Positions 21,295-31,568 of a stretch of 64,000 nucleotides of DNA are shown one piece after another. The notes beneath the pieces were generated by a model, which worked only from the letters and a program-made list of their open reading frames with translations, made no database searches and was not told the DNA's origin. A program made the position numbers and the translations under genes. Within the stretch, counting starts at the first letter, position 1, and each line of letters starts with the position of its first letter. Source of the stretch: Cyanobacteriota bacterium (GTDB taxonomy: Bacteria > Cyanobacteriota > Cyanobacteriia > Cyanobacteriales > Nostocaceae); NCBI GenBank assembly GCA_046045965.1, contig JBJOKS010000020.1, positions 32,001 to 96,000 on the forward strand, written 5' to 3'.

Positions 21295-22071
21295 TTAATC
21301 TATTGTATCTGGATCTATTCCCATTTCTCGTAATCGTGCTGCTAATTGTGCTGCTTTGCGTTCTGCTTGTTCAGCCCTTAATCTTTGTAATTGGGCTTCT
21401 TCTTTACCGAATAATAATAAATTACCATCTAAATTCCACCAGCGTAGCCAAAGTTGTTCAGGATTATTTAAATAACTTCCTTGCCATAAACCTAATTCTA
21501 CGCCTAAAGGGGGAATGGGATAATGTCCGCGTTCGTTAGGCTGCATTTTTTGGTAAGAAAAATCTACCAAATGATAAACTTCTAATTTATCATTATTCAC
21601 TTCATAAATGGCATAATAGGGAATACGAATAATGCGTTCATATACCCAAAATTTACCAGGTTTTTCACCTTCCTGTAAACCCGCTAGAGGAGTTGTATCT
21701 CGTTCTTCGTGACCATTACCACTAGCTAATTCTATGGCAATTAATGGGGGTATATATTCCCGCCATAATACATAAGAACGGCGAATTTTACCATCTAATC
21801 TTGGTGCTACATCAGGGACATAAAACCAATCTGGTGCGACTGTACCTTTTTCTGGTGGTTCTGTTTCGCGCCAATAAATCCCGCAATCTTGACCTATACA
21901 AAATTGTCCATCTGGATGTAACTTTTGTAAAGTTTGAATAATTGAATCTGTAATAATAATGCTTTGGGGATGTTCTTGAAAGTTTTTCACGAAAGTACCA
22001 TCAGACTCTGGGAGTTGAGTATGATCAGGAAACTGTGGAGGTATGGAAATATCAGCCAGGGTTTCACTCAT
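21295..22071 (-). CDS. Uma2/DUF820-family putative endonuclease
   Basis: LPESDG, APDWFYVP, IELAS, K..VYE..IRIPYY, and C-terminal LAARLREMGIDP. Confidence 0.88.
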   Translation of the reverse strand: MSETLADISIPPQFPDHTQLPESDGTFVKNFQEHPQSIIITDSIIQTLQKLHPDGQFCIGQDCGIYWRETEPPEKGTVAPDWFYVPDVAPRLDGKIRRSYVLWREYIPPLIAIELASGNGHEERDTTPLAGLQEGEKPGKFWVYERIIRIPYYAIYEVNNDKLEVYHLVDFSYQKMQPNERGHYPIPPLGVELGLWQGSYLNNPEQLWLRWWNLDGNLLLFGKEEAQLQRLRAEQAERKAAQLAARLREMGIDPDTID

Positions 22072-22320
22072 ACTGTTTATAAGGATTGTAGTTGTTAGGC
22101 TAATTTTATAAATTATATCAGGGAACAGGTTTGAACGTCCTGAGCATTGTCAATCAATCAAAAATCATAAATAAATATGTCTACTTTATGAGATGGTCAA
22201 TAAATAGTTGATATTCTCATTACGCAATTTTTAACTATCAAGGCTGAATTTAAGTGAATTTGACGTTATAAACCATGTTAAATTATGATTGTCTTAATAA
22301 TCACATAGTCTAAATCTTAT

Positions 22321-24264
22321 ATGAAATCTTGGTACTGGGGTGCTACCTTGGGTTTTATCGCTTTATCTGTCACCAGTTGCAATAATAAACCAAAAACACC
22401 GGGAGAAATCGGCAACCTAGCGGGGGAAAGTGTAGTTTTAATCAGCTATGCAAATAAATCAGGACAAGGGACTGGCTTTTTTATTAGAGGAGAAGATAAA
22501 ACAGTCTGTACAATACTCACAGCGCGTCACGTCGTCCCCGGTAGTGCGAAGTTGTTAATTAGCAAAAACCAAGAAACTATCGCGCAAAATACCCAAGTTA
22601 TTAGCGTTAAACGGTTCTTGAACCAAGATTTAGCAGTTGTGACATTTAAACCTGATAGTGGAAGTTGTCCTTATAAAACTCTCCCCTTCGGTAACTCTGA
22701 TAAAATAGCTTTGGGAGATGTTATCTACATCACTGGGTTTCCTGCTAATAGTCCAGATAGGCAATTTGTAGATGGTAAAGTTTCATTAATTTCTAGTCAA
22801 GCAGACGGTTATAAAATTTCTTACACTGCAACCACCGCAGGGGGAATGAGTGGTGGACCAATAATGAATATTTATGGTGAGGTGATAGCAGTACATGGAC
22901 GTTCTGCACCAGAATTATTTAAACAAGCTGAACTTAAAGGAGAAGCAGCACCACCGGAACAGCAATCTAATTCACAACTTGGCAGTGATTCTTTTAAATG
23001 GGGAATACCGATTAATACTTATATAGCCAATATTAACCAAGTTCCAGCAGAATTGGTAGCAGAGCAAAAAGCAATAGATTTGGTTAATGAAGGTAATGAT
23101 TATGCGGTTAATAACAATTATCAAGAGGCTGTTCAATCTTATGATAAAGCTCTGAATATTACACCTAATTTGCCGGAAATCTGGAATAATCGGGGTCAAG
23201 CATTAGAAAAAACACAACGTTATCAAGAAGCTGTTCAATCTTATGATAAAGCTATTGCGCTGAATCCGAAGAAGCCGGAAGCTTGGAAAAATAAGGGTAA
23301 TGCTTTAGTTAAGTTAAAACGTTATCCTGAAGCTGTTAAATCTTACGATAAAGCTATTAGTATTAAACCTAAATATGCGGAAGCTTATACTAATCGAGGT
23401 CAAGCTTTAGAAAAGGCTAAACGTCCGCAGGAGGCAATAAAATCTTATAAAAAAGCTATTACTATCAATCCTGACTATGCTGATGCTTATAATTATCTGG
23501 GTTTTATTGTAGGTTCACAAAACCGTTATCAAGAAGCATTAATTTTTTTTGATAAAGCTATTGCTATCAAACCTGATTATTCTTTAGCATGGTATAATCG
23601 AGGTGTTGCACTAGGAGAATTAAACCGATACCAAGAAGCTGTAGAATCTTATGACAAAGCAATTCAGGCAAATGGTGAATGGGGTGAGTTGAATCCTGCG
23701 GATGCTTGGTATAATCGAGGTATTTCACTAGTTAATTTAAAAATATACCAAGAAGCGATCGCATCCTACGATAAAGCTATTGCTATTAAACCTGACAAAT
23801 ATGAAGCTTGGAATAATCGAGGTGTTTCACTAGCTAATTTAAAAAGATACCAAGAAGCGATCACATCCTACGATAAAGCTATTGCTATTAAAACTGACGA
23901 ATATGAAGCTTGGAATAATCGAGGTTCTGCCCTAGATGATTTAAAAAGATACCAAGAAGCAATCGCATCCTACGATAAAGCTATTGCTATTACACCTGAC
24001 AAAGATGAAGTTTGGAAGAATCGAGGTGTTTCACTAATTAATTTAAAAAGATACCAAGAAGCGATCGCATCCTACGATAAAGCTATTGCTATTAAACCTG
24101 ACAAATATGAAGCTTGGACTGGTAGAGGTATTGCATTGGCATTATTGGAACGTTACGATGATTCACTCAAATCATTGAACAAAGCAATTAGTATTAAGCC
24201 TGATTATCAACCAGCAATTGAACTTCGCAAGCTGGTATTACAACAACTGGGACGGTCAAATTAA
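22321..24264 (+). CDS. Trypsin-like serine protease lipoprotein with TPR repeats
   Basis: Lipobox VTSC; catalytic triad TARHV / DLAV / GMSGGP; about 11 TPRs. Confidence 0.88.
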   Translation: MKSWYWGATLGFIALSVTSCNNKPKTPGEIGNLAGESVVLISYANKSGQGTGFFIRGEDKTVCTILTARHVVPGSAKLLISKNQETIAQNTQVISVKRFLNQDLAVVTFKPDSGSCPYKTLPFGNSDKIALGDVIYITGFPANSPDRQFVDGKVSLISSQADGYKISYTATTAGGMSGGPIMNIYGEVIAVHGRSAPELFKQAELKGEAAPPEQQSNSQLGSDSFKWGIPINTYIANINQVPAELVAEQKAIDLVNEGNDYAVNNNYQEAVQSYDKALNITPNLPEIWNNRGQALEKTQRYQEAVQSYDKAIALNPKKPEAWKNKGNALVKLKRYPEAVKSYDKAISIKPKYAEAYTNRGQALEKAKRPQEAIKSYKKAITINPDYADAYNYLGFIVGSQNRYQEALIFFDKAIAIKPDYSLAWYNRGVALGELNRYQEAVESYDKAIQANGEWGELNPADAWYNRGISLVNLKIYQEAIASYDKAIAIKPDKYEAWNNRGVSLANLKRYQEAITSYDKAIAIKTDEYEAWNNRGSALDDLKRYQEAIASYDKAIAITPDKDEVWKNRGVSLINLKRYQEAIASYDKAIAIKPDKYEAWTGRGIALALLERYDDSLKSLNKAISIKPDYQPAIELRKLVLQQLGRSN

Positions 24265-24354
24265 ATTTGAATTTAAAACATAAAAATAAATTCCTGTATT
24301 TGTATTTCCAACGCAGCATAATTACAGGAATTAATTATATTCTGCACAAAAAAA

Positions 24355-24966
24355 TCACTTTGCTTTCACCTTCAGGTCATCTTCAGCCAGAAAATTTTCC
24401 ACATTCACCTGAGACAACTTTTCAGGTTGACTTCCACCACCAGAACTTTGAACTACAGTTCCCCCAGTTCTGAGTGCAGTTGTCATATCTAACAGGGAAT
24501 TATAACCATCAGCACCAGGCTTGAGAGTCACCAAAATATTACAATTTCTAGGGTCAATTTTCGTGATAGCGCAAATTACAGATTGCTTAGGCGTATTTGG
24601 GTCAGGACGATGACTAAAACCAATTAAACCACCTTGGCGAAACTTTTCCAAACGTTCTGTTATTTCTTCACAGCGTTTCTCACTATTCCAGTCTCCACCA
24701 AAGCTGTTAACCATCCTCAACCAAGGCCTTCCTATTTTGCCATTAGAATACATAACTGACCAAACCTGACCACCTATCTCTGGTGCAGGTACGTAAACGC
24801 AAGAGAAAGCGTCCTCTTTACCAAATACTTCTGGTACTTCTGAAGTCGAAGCAGTGTTAAATGAGTAAAACACAGTTAAAATCACAACACCGATAACAGA
24901 CCCAATCCCATAAGCAATCAAATGTACCCTGTTAAATCTAGACATAGAAACACTCCACATCCGCAC
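24355..24966 (-). CDS. COP23-domain protein
   Basis: FSC...PWL..FGGDW..EKRCEEI..RL...VICA...C..LVTLKPG pattern after an N-terminal TM segment. Confidence 0.75.
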   Translation of the reverse strand: MRMWSVSMSRFNRVHLIAYGIGSVIGVVILTVFYSFNTASTSEVPEVFGKEDAFSCVYVPAPEIGGQVWSVMYSNGKIGRPWLRMVNSFGGDWNSEKRCEEITERLEKFRQGGLIGFSHRPDPNTPKQSVICAITKIDPRNCNILVTLKPGADGYNSLLDMTTALRTGGTVVQSSGGGSQPEKLSQVNVENFLAEDDLKVKAK

Positions 24967-25101
24967 GTAGCACTGATATTATTAATATACGGCATATATT
25001 AGATTTATTACTGAAATTTTATAATTGAGAAATATTAAGATTTACCAAATAACATTGTCTGAATCAGGATGTCCAGGATTTAAGGATTTTCAGGATTTTG
25101 A

Positions 25102-25293
25102 TCAATGAAAATTTTGATTTTTTTCTTTCTCCAATTCCAATAATACCTTAGCTACATCTTCAGCAATTTCTATGGCTTCTTGTACTGTTTTACCTTCTGC
25201 CACTAAGCCTTGTAAATCATCACTTGTAGCTACAAAATATTCTTGTTCATCTTCAATAAATCTTTCAATTTTGAGTCGAATTAGCGTTTGCAT
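25102..25293 (-). CDS. HicB-like antitoxin (short, orphan)
   Basis: FVATSDDLQGLVAEGKTVQEAIE motif. Confidence 0.7.
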   Translation of the reverse strand: MQTLIRLKIERFIEDEQEYFVATSDDLQGLVAEGKTVQEAIEIAEDVAKVLLELEKEKNQNFH

Positions 25294-25430
25294 TTAGTTA
25301 ACCTTGATAGTGAGTACAGGAATAAATGGTACTGTTGATATTATATTTCTCCGCGTTCTCTGCGCCTCTGCGTGAAAAAACAAAGACACAAAAACCCTTT
25401 GCGTCTTTGCGTCTTTGCGTGAGAAAATTC

Positions 25431-27542
25431 TTAACCTACCTTAGCAACATAAGGACTGGTCAACTTATCCAACTGCTGCACCAACAAACTCAAAAACAGA
25501 CCCACATCCGTCACCACACCAACAGATTCAATTGAACCGCGATCGCTCAATTTCGTCACTACCGCTGGGTTAATATCCACACAAACCATCTTCACCCCTG
25601 CTGGAGTCATATTCCCCACCCCGATAGAATGCAGCATAGAAGACAACATCAAAATCATCTCCGCACCTTCAATGATTTTAGAATATTCCTGTTGTGCTAA
25701 AATCAGGTTCATTTGGGTATCTGGTAAAGGTCCATCATCCCGAATTGAACCAGCGAGGGAAAAGGGAATGTTATTTTTCACACATTCATACATCACCCCA
25801 CTTTTCACTACTCCCGCATCTACAGCTTTAGCGATGCTACCAAAACGGCGGATAGTATTAATTACCTTTAAATGATGTCGGTGGCCACCACGCACAGCTA
25901 CACCGCGCTTCATATCCACACCCAGGGATGTTCCCAGCAGGTTTTGTTCCATATCATGGACAGCGATCGCATTTCCGCCCAAAAGACCCTGTACGTAACC
26001 TTCTCGAACTAAGCGACAGAGATGTTCACCGCCACCTGTGTGAATCACCACTGGTCCAGCCGTGACAACTACTTTACCACCGCTATCCTTAATTTTACGT
26101 AATTCCCAAGCCACTTGTTCAACGACTAATTCCACCCGTCTTTCGCTGGAAACACCGGAAGACATAAAGCTGAATTCCTGGGAGTTGCGTTGTTCTCGTG
26201 ATTCGGCTTTGCGGATGGTGCGAATACCTAAAACATCAACTACAACGCGATCGCCTATTTCTAAATCACGCAATAGTTTACACTTAGCTACTATACCATT
26301 AGCAGTTTGAGAAATGGCGATCGCTCCATCCATGCGTTGATTCTGCACTTTCAGCCATTCCCCATTTACCCGGATTTCAGTGGGATAAATCGTGCTGACA
26401 TAGAAATCATCAGGAGCCACACCCGCTTGGATCACAGGTTCTAATTTAGCATCCCGTTCATCTTGGGGTAAATCAACCGCACCCAAATCAATCAACTGAG
26501 ATATAATCTCTTCCATCACCTCATGGGATGGTGCAGATACCCTAACTTCAGCCGCAGATGTACTTTGACGTTGTTCTCCCAAGTTGAATTTGAGAACTTG
26601 GAAACTTCCCCCCATTTCCACAATTAAATCTAAAGCGCGGTTAATTAAACCTGCATCTAGTAAATGTCCTTCCATGCGAATGACACGACTTTCTACAGAT
26701 GCGATCGCGTGAATTTCTTCACCAATAGGTTCTGTTACCCGCAAAGTCAAGCATTTAGCCGCACCACCAGCTTTGAGAAATTCTGTTAATGGTGTTTCAA
26801 TAACTTGAAAACCAACTTCAGCCAAACGTGATTTTAAATTATCACTGGCTTTGTTCATAATCACGATGCTTTCCACATTCACCGCATTACAAGCGAAGTT
26901 AACAGCATCAGCTTCTTCAATAGCGATTCGCTTTTCCGGTGCGACGCGCATTTCTATTACACGGTTAGAGTAGGAGTCAAACGCACCGGGATAATACAGC
27001 AAATAACCATTTGCCAAAGGACAGAAGCAGGTATCAAGATGATAAAAACGCTCATCCATTAACCGCAGAGAAATCACCTCAATGTCCAGCCATTTAGCCA
27101 GGTAGGGGTGAGAATCTAATTCTGACCGAAAACCGTATCCAGCCCATAACCACCGCCCTTCTCGGTCTAAGAGTGCGTCACCAGCACCTTCAAAGGGCAG
27201 GTCTTTGGGAAGTGTGTAAACATTAAAACCATTATTTTCAAACCACTGTTGAAAATACGGTTCTTCACCTTGGCGTTCTTTATGTAAAAAGCGGCTGAGA
27301 ACGACGTTTTCACCGAGAACTAAACCCGCATTGGCACTGAATACCATATCAGGCCAGCCTTTTTGGGGTTCAACTAAATCAACAATGGCATGATTTTTGA
27401 TAACATTGTATAATTTATTCCATTGTTCCACAGCGCGATCGCGTGAGGATTTGTGAATATTCCCTTCCATCCACGGATTAATCACATAATCTACATCGTA
27501 ATGGTCGGGAGCGCACATCAAAAACCGAATTTGGGAAACCAT
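25431..27542 (-). CDS. argZ: Arginine dihydrolase / ornithine cyclodeaminase (ArgZ/AgrE)
   Basis: Amidinotransferase domain (DMVFSAN, FEGAGD, YHLDTCF, GGAAKCL) plus a LOR/SDH-like C-terminal region (GGNAIAVHD, AGSIRDDGP). Confidence 0.93.
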   Translation of the reverse strand: MVSQIRFLMCAPDHYDVDYVINPWMEGNIHKSSRDRAVEQWNKLYNVIKNHAIVDLVEPQKGWPDMVFSANAGLVLGENVVLSRFLHKERQGEEPYFQQWFENNGFNVYTLPKDLPFEGAGDALLDREGRWLWAGYGFRSELDSHPYLAKWLDIEVISLRLMDERFYHLDTCFCPLANGYLLYYPGAFDSYSNRVIEMRVAPEKRIAIEEADAVNFACNAVNVESIVIMNKASDNLKSRLAEVGFQVIETPLTEFLKAGGAAKCLTLRVTEPIGEEIHAIASVESRVIRMEGHLLDAGLINRALDLIVEMGGSFQVLKFNLGEQRQSTSAAEVRVSAPSHEVMEEIISQLIDLGAVDLPQDERDAKLEPVIQAGVAPDDFYVSTIYPTEIRVNGEWLKVQNQRMDGAIAISQTANGIVAKCKLLRDLEIGDRVVVDVLGIRTIRKAESREQRNSQEFSFMSSGVSSERRVELVVEQVAWELRKIKDSGGKVVVTAGPVVIHTGGGEHLCRLVREGYVQGLLGGNAIAVHDMEQNLLGTSLGVDMKRGVAVRGGHRHHLKVINTIRRFGSIAKAVDAGVVKSGVMYECVKNNIPFSLAGSIRDDGPLPDTQMNLILAQQEYSKIIEGAEMILMLSSMLHSIGVGNMTPAGVKMVCVDINPAVVTKLSDRGSIESVGVVTDVGLFLSLLVQQLDKLTSPYVAKVG

Positions 27543-27783
27543 AAAAAATTTTACTTCGCTTTTCAGTAATCTCTTCTGGATACAGAGTTTTGGTGTTCTA
27601 CTTCTGTCAAATCTGCTACTTTATCGCTACCTTCTGTTTTTGGTAGGCTTTATCTGGCGATCGTTCCTATTCTATTACCACTGGGGACAATGTGAGAAAA
27701 TAATGGAAAAAATGTGTTATTGGAGATGTTATAGTGTGGCTAATAACCGTTTAGAGAAAAGCATAGATATTGAATAACTATTT

Positions 27784-28590
27784 ATGAATACTGAAAACCG
27801 AAAAGGACTTAACGAGGCTTTTGCTGTTTTTTTTGAAAATCCCAGTCGTGATTCACTACGTAAATTATTAATTGATCATACAGGTGAACATGATGATTTA
27901 GATTTTAAAAGTGAATTTGAATTAATTGCTCCGCCAATTTTAGCCAAACATATTATAGCAATGGCAAATAAATCAGGTGGTGTAATTATTTTTGGAGTTC
28001 AGGAAACAGAGAATGGTAAATTTGAGTCTGTAGGAACTGAATTAAATGATAAAACTCATTTTTTAAGAGATATTAATGCTTATGTACCTGATAAATTAAG
28101 TTATGAGGTAATTGATTTTAATTTTAATGAAATTGAGTATACAGAAATAAAAGGTAAATCATTTCGAGTAGTTATTATTGAATATTCACCGGAATATATT
28201 CCTTTTCTGTCTAAAAAAGATGGGGAAGGTATCAAGAAAAATTTGATCTACGTTCGGAAAAATGCCAGTTCAGATATGGCTGAATATAATGATTTGCAAG
28301 ATATTTTTAATCGTAGGTTAGAAACAAGTTTTTCATCTGCTAGAGAAATATCATTAACACAGCATTTCAAAGAGCTAAAAGAGATTTATTCACTAATTAA
28401 AAAGGGATTTTGGTATGATCCTACTATTTTCTCTAAAATTGACCTAAATTTAAATTGCGATTCCTCCTCAAAATATATAGATAATCCTAAATATCCAAAA
28501 GAAGATTATGATGATTTTGTGGTGAGAATGTTGACTTTGAAAAAATCAGTAATCGAATCAATAATAAAATCAGATAAATTTTTTAGATAA
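27784..28590 (+). CDS. Schlafen/AlbA_2-domain protein
   Basis: GEHDDLDFK, IAMANKSGGVIIFGV and YVR..S motifs. Confidence 0.8.
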   Translation: MNTENRKGLNEAFAVFFENPSRDSLRKLLIDHTGEHDDLDFKSEFELIAPPILAKHIIAMANKSGGVIIFGVQETENGKFESVGTELNDKTHFLRDINAYVPDKLSYEVIDFNFNEIEYTEIKGKSFRVVIIEYSPEYIPFLSKKDGEGIKKNLIYVRKNASSDMAEYNDLQDIFNRRLETSFSSAREISLTQHFKELKEIYSLIKKGFWYDPTIFSKIDLNLNCDSSSKYIDNPKYPKEDYDDFVVRMLTLKKSVIESIIKSDKFFR

Positions 28591-28650
28591 CACACATAGC
28601 ACCCAGTTTCACACGAGAGATGCTGCATTAACAGTCTTAATAATAATTTT

Positions 28651-29553
28651 TTAATTAATATTTATTCTCTTTTTAACTAGTTCACAAAGTTGTTGAAAAT
28701 CATCAGGCTGTTCACTAAGAGGCCTTCTTAATAAATCCTTAACAACAGCATTTGTTGCATCTTTACCCGTTATTCTCTTCCCGCTGGTATCTTCCACTAT
28801 AAAACATTCATTAACAACGGTAGACAATAGTTTTTTACCTCCCATTAAATTTATCCAATTACCATACCCAATTTCTAAATTTTCGCTCTCTCCATAAAAT
28901 TCATTAAGAATTATATTTAGTTTCTCCTCAATATTTTGTATATTTGTATATTGACATAAATCTTGTTGACGTTGGGAAAACTCCGGTATTTTTGTGGTTA
29001 AGTTTCTAATTGCATCTTCTTTAGTTTTAAAATCATTAACTTTATCAAAATTCTTAATCCACTTCTTTTTAAATTCTTCTCTACAGCCAATTATGACGCT
29101 ATTCGCAGCTTCAAAAAAAACTCGTTCACGCGCAACCCGTAAAAGACACTGTTCTATTTTTTGACGATCACAATTAATATAAGAACTTTTCATTAAATAA
29201 TCTATAGAAAGAAAATAATTTTCAATTTCTCGTTTCCTCCATATTAATAAATTATTTTTTGTTTCATCTGGAAAATTAGACCATGTACTTTCAACTTCTT
29301 CATTAGAACAATAATCTCTATCAATAATAAAATAGTATTCAGGGTGATGTGGATGCAAAGCTTCTGCTGCACTTCTGATATGAAAAGATGCACCAAGGGG
29401 TTTAACATCCACAAAAATATCATTATTAGTAAAAAGTGTATTTATGATAAAAGGATCGATTGAATTATCATCCTTACCTTCTACAAATATAACGTGACTA
29501 GCTCCTTGTTTAACCTTCTCCGAACGAACATTAGTTGTAACTTTAATCGTCAT
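28651..29553 (-). CDS. TOPRIM (DUF4435-like) putative nuclease
   Basis: IFVEGKDD, IIDRDY, REIENY. ATG at 29553 follows a GGAG and overlaps the ATPase stop. Confidence 0.75.
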   Translation of the reverse strand: MTIKVTTNVRSEKVKQGASHVIFVEGKDDNSIDPFIINTLFTNNDIFVDVKPLGASFHIRSAAEALHPHHPEYYFIIDRDYCSNEEVESTWSNFPDETKNNLLIWRKREIENYFLSIDYLMKSSYINCDRQKIEQCLLRVARERVFFEAANSVIIGCREEFKKKWIKNFDKVNDFKTKEDAIRNLTTKIPEFSQRQQDLCQYTNIQNIEEKLNIILNEFYGESENLEIGYGNWINLMGGKKLLSTVVNECFIVEDTSGKRITGKDATNAVVKDLLRRPLSEQPDDFQQLCELVKKRININ

Positions 29554-30676
29554 TTGATCCATCTCCACCAGATGATAGGAGAATACGTCTATCAGCATCT
29601 ACTGAATCAAAAATATCCTCAGAATGAGTAGCAATAATATATTGGTTGTTTGGTGCAAGTTGATATAAATTATGGACAAACCGACGATGCCATTCTGCAT
29701 TAAGATGTAATTCAGGTTCATCAATCATAACTATTCCCGGATAACGATCTGTATATTTCCAAATCAGAAAAAGAGTTGATATGATTTCTTTTTGTCCAGA
29801 ACTTAATCCGTCAAAAGTAAAAGATGCACTACCATTTGTTGGAGTAATTCTAAACTCAATAGTATTATCCGGCGATGGACGTAACTTTTCAATAGTACCA
29901 GATGCGTATCGGCTCATTAATTCATTTAATGTTTCTATAACTCTCTCCGATTCAGTATCATCTATATTTTCAAACAGACCACCTCGACTCATTAATGAAC
30001 GCAAAATTTCTAGTTTAAATGTGCTGATAGGAAGCTCTGCTCTGACTCTTTTTAATCTTCTATATGACTTATCTTCAACCATCATTCCTAGTTCTAAACC
30101 ACCTTCTTGAATTTTTCTATAGCTATGAAAATAGATAAAATGTGGAAGTAGAATTGGTTCTGGACTCAAACCTACTAACGAATAAAAGAATCTTTCGATA
30201 TTATCACTCGTATAAAATAACTGAAAATGGTTTTGAGTTAAGACTTGTTTAAATGCTGAAGTATCAGTATTAATTTTAAAATTGCCAGTACGAGAAATTT
30301 GTAAATTTACGCTAAATTTTTGATGATCAACAAAAAAGTCACCACTAATATTTGCATCTTCTTCACCGCCTCTAATTAAGAGGTCAGGAATATTAATGGA
30401 AATACCAGGTGAAAGAAATCTATTCAAAGATATTTTATCTTGAGATGCTGCTAAAAATAGCAATGCACAAGACTCTAATACTGATGTTTTGCCCAGTCCA
30501 TTACGACTACCCATGACGATGATATCTGGATCACCTTTTAATTGTGGGACTGGAAAATTAAGCTCAATATCATCTAATCCCTTAAAATTTCTGATTTTTA
30601 AATTTCTAATCTTAATAGATTTATGTTGCTTATCAGATTGAGTGTGACCTTTATTAATTTCTATTTGATCAGTCAT
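29543..30676 (-). CDS. ABC-type (AAA_15/AAA_21) ATPase
   Basis: IRNFKG, Walker A NGLGKTS, signature LSSGQ, Walker B IDEPELHL, H-loop ATHS. Confidence 0.9.
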   Translation of the reverse strand: MTDQIEINKGHTQSDKQHKSIKIRNLKIRNFKGLDDIELNFPVPQLKGDPDIIVMGSRNGLGKTSVLESCALLFLAASQDKISLNRFLSPGISINIPDLLIRGGEEDANISGDFFVDHQKFSVNLQISRTGNFKINTDTSAFKQVLTQNHFQLFYTSDNIERFFYSLVGLSPEPILLPHFIYFHSYRKIQEGGLELGMMVEDKSYRRLKRVRAELPISTFKLEILRSLMSRGGLFENIDDTESERVIETLNELMSRYASGTIEKLRPSPDNTIEFRITPTNGSASFTFDGLSSGQKEIISTLFLIWKYTDRYPGIVMIDEPELHLNAEWHRRFVHNLYQLAPNNQYIIATHSEDIFDSVDADRRILLSSGGDGSNDD

Positions 30677-30820
30677 ACACCTGTTCCTCTTTTCTTTCTA
30701 TATCAATTAGATTAACTAAGATATTCCTTGATTATTCAACCTCATACCAGAAGATTAGTCCAAAAATAAAAATAATTTGCACCAAATACCTATTTTAGTC
30801 CGAACGCTCACCCGTAGAGT

Positions 30821-30940
30821 ATGCTAACAAATTTTAATGGGATTTCTACTGTTATTTTGGGTTTGAATGAAATTGGTGGCAACACTGAGATTAACTTTGG
30901 TGATAAAACTCTGGCTATCCTTAATGGTATTACGAGTTAA
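30821..30940 (+). pseudogene. Possible remnant of a secreted (RTX-type) protein C-terminus
   Basis: Hand translation ...LNEIGGNTEINFGDKTLAILNGITS* resembles cyanobacterial RTX-protein tails. Confidence 0.35.
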
Positions 30941-31082
30941 AATGTTAATATCACCCAATTTGTAATTTAAAGCTGGTGATAGAGATACTTACTGTTAGAT
31001 TGTTAACATAACGATATGTAACAGTTTTTGTAACTTCTCCCTGAAAGTTAATTTCCGTGCCATGATGGGAGTTGAGAAGTAA

Positions 31083-31189
31083 TTCGGCGACGGCGTTTGT
31101 TTTTAACATTGATGGTTTTTTTCCTTTTGGTATTTACAGACTTTTCTCCGAAACCTAAATCTCTACACTCTTATGATTTTGGAGAAAAG
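31083..31189 (+). promoter_or_regulatory. Conserved rbp 5'-UTR boxes with an RBS-sequestering stem
   Basis: TTCGGCGA (31083), TTTGTTTTT (31096), TCTCCGAA (31145) and TTTGGAGA RBS. 31141-31153 is complementary to 31177-31189. Confidence 0.7.
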
Positions 31190-31191
31190 CT

Positions 31192-31506
31192 ATGTCAATT
31201 TATGTAGGCAACCTCTCTTATGAAGTTACCCAAGATACTCTAACTGCGGTTTTTGCAGAATATGGTTCTGTAAAGCGCGTTCAACTACCTACTGATCGTG
31301 AAACAGGAAGACTACGCGGTTTTGGTTTTGTGGAAATGGGTACAGAAGCAGAAGAAACAACTGCTATTGAAGCACTTGATGGTGCTGAATGGATGGGACG
31401 TGATTTAAAAGTGAACAAGGCCAAACCCAAAGAAGACAGAGGTGGTTCTTTTGGTGGTGGTAATCGCAGTGGTGGTGGCGGTGGTTATAATCGTAATCGC
31501 TACTAA
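31192..31506 (+). CDS. rbpA: RRM RNA-binding protein with Gly-rich tail (cold-inducible RbpA type)
   Basis: RNP2 IYVGNL, RNP1 RGFGFV, Gly-rich C-terminus. Exact paralog name uncertain. Confidence 0.9.
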   Translation: MSIYVGNLSYEVTQDTLTAVFAEYGSVKRVQLPTDRETGRLRGFGFVEMGTEAEETTAIEALDGAEWMGRDLKVNKAKPKEDRGGSFGGGNRSGGGGGYNRNRY

Positions 31507-31568
31507 GATATAAAATCAAGCCTTTTTGCTAATGCACAGGGTTTAGAAATTTAATTGAATTTAGTAAC

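Noticed and set aside
21295..22071. Uma2 gene as a novel defence nuclease
   Set aside because: Highly multicopy family in cyanobacteria, with no partner gene here.
23700..24125. Regular direct repeats as a CRISPR array or DGR template
   Set aside because: The period is 102 nt, in frame, and encodes TPRs; no unique spacers, cas genes or reverse transcriptase are present.
27543..27783. NtcA site upstream of argZ
   Set aside because: The GTA...TAC I noticed has a 12-nt spacer rather than 8.
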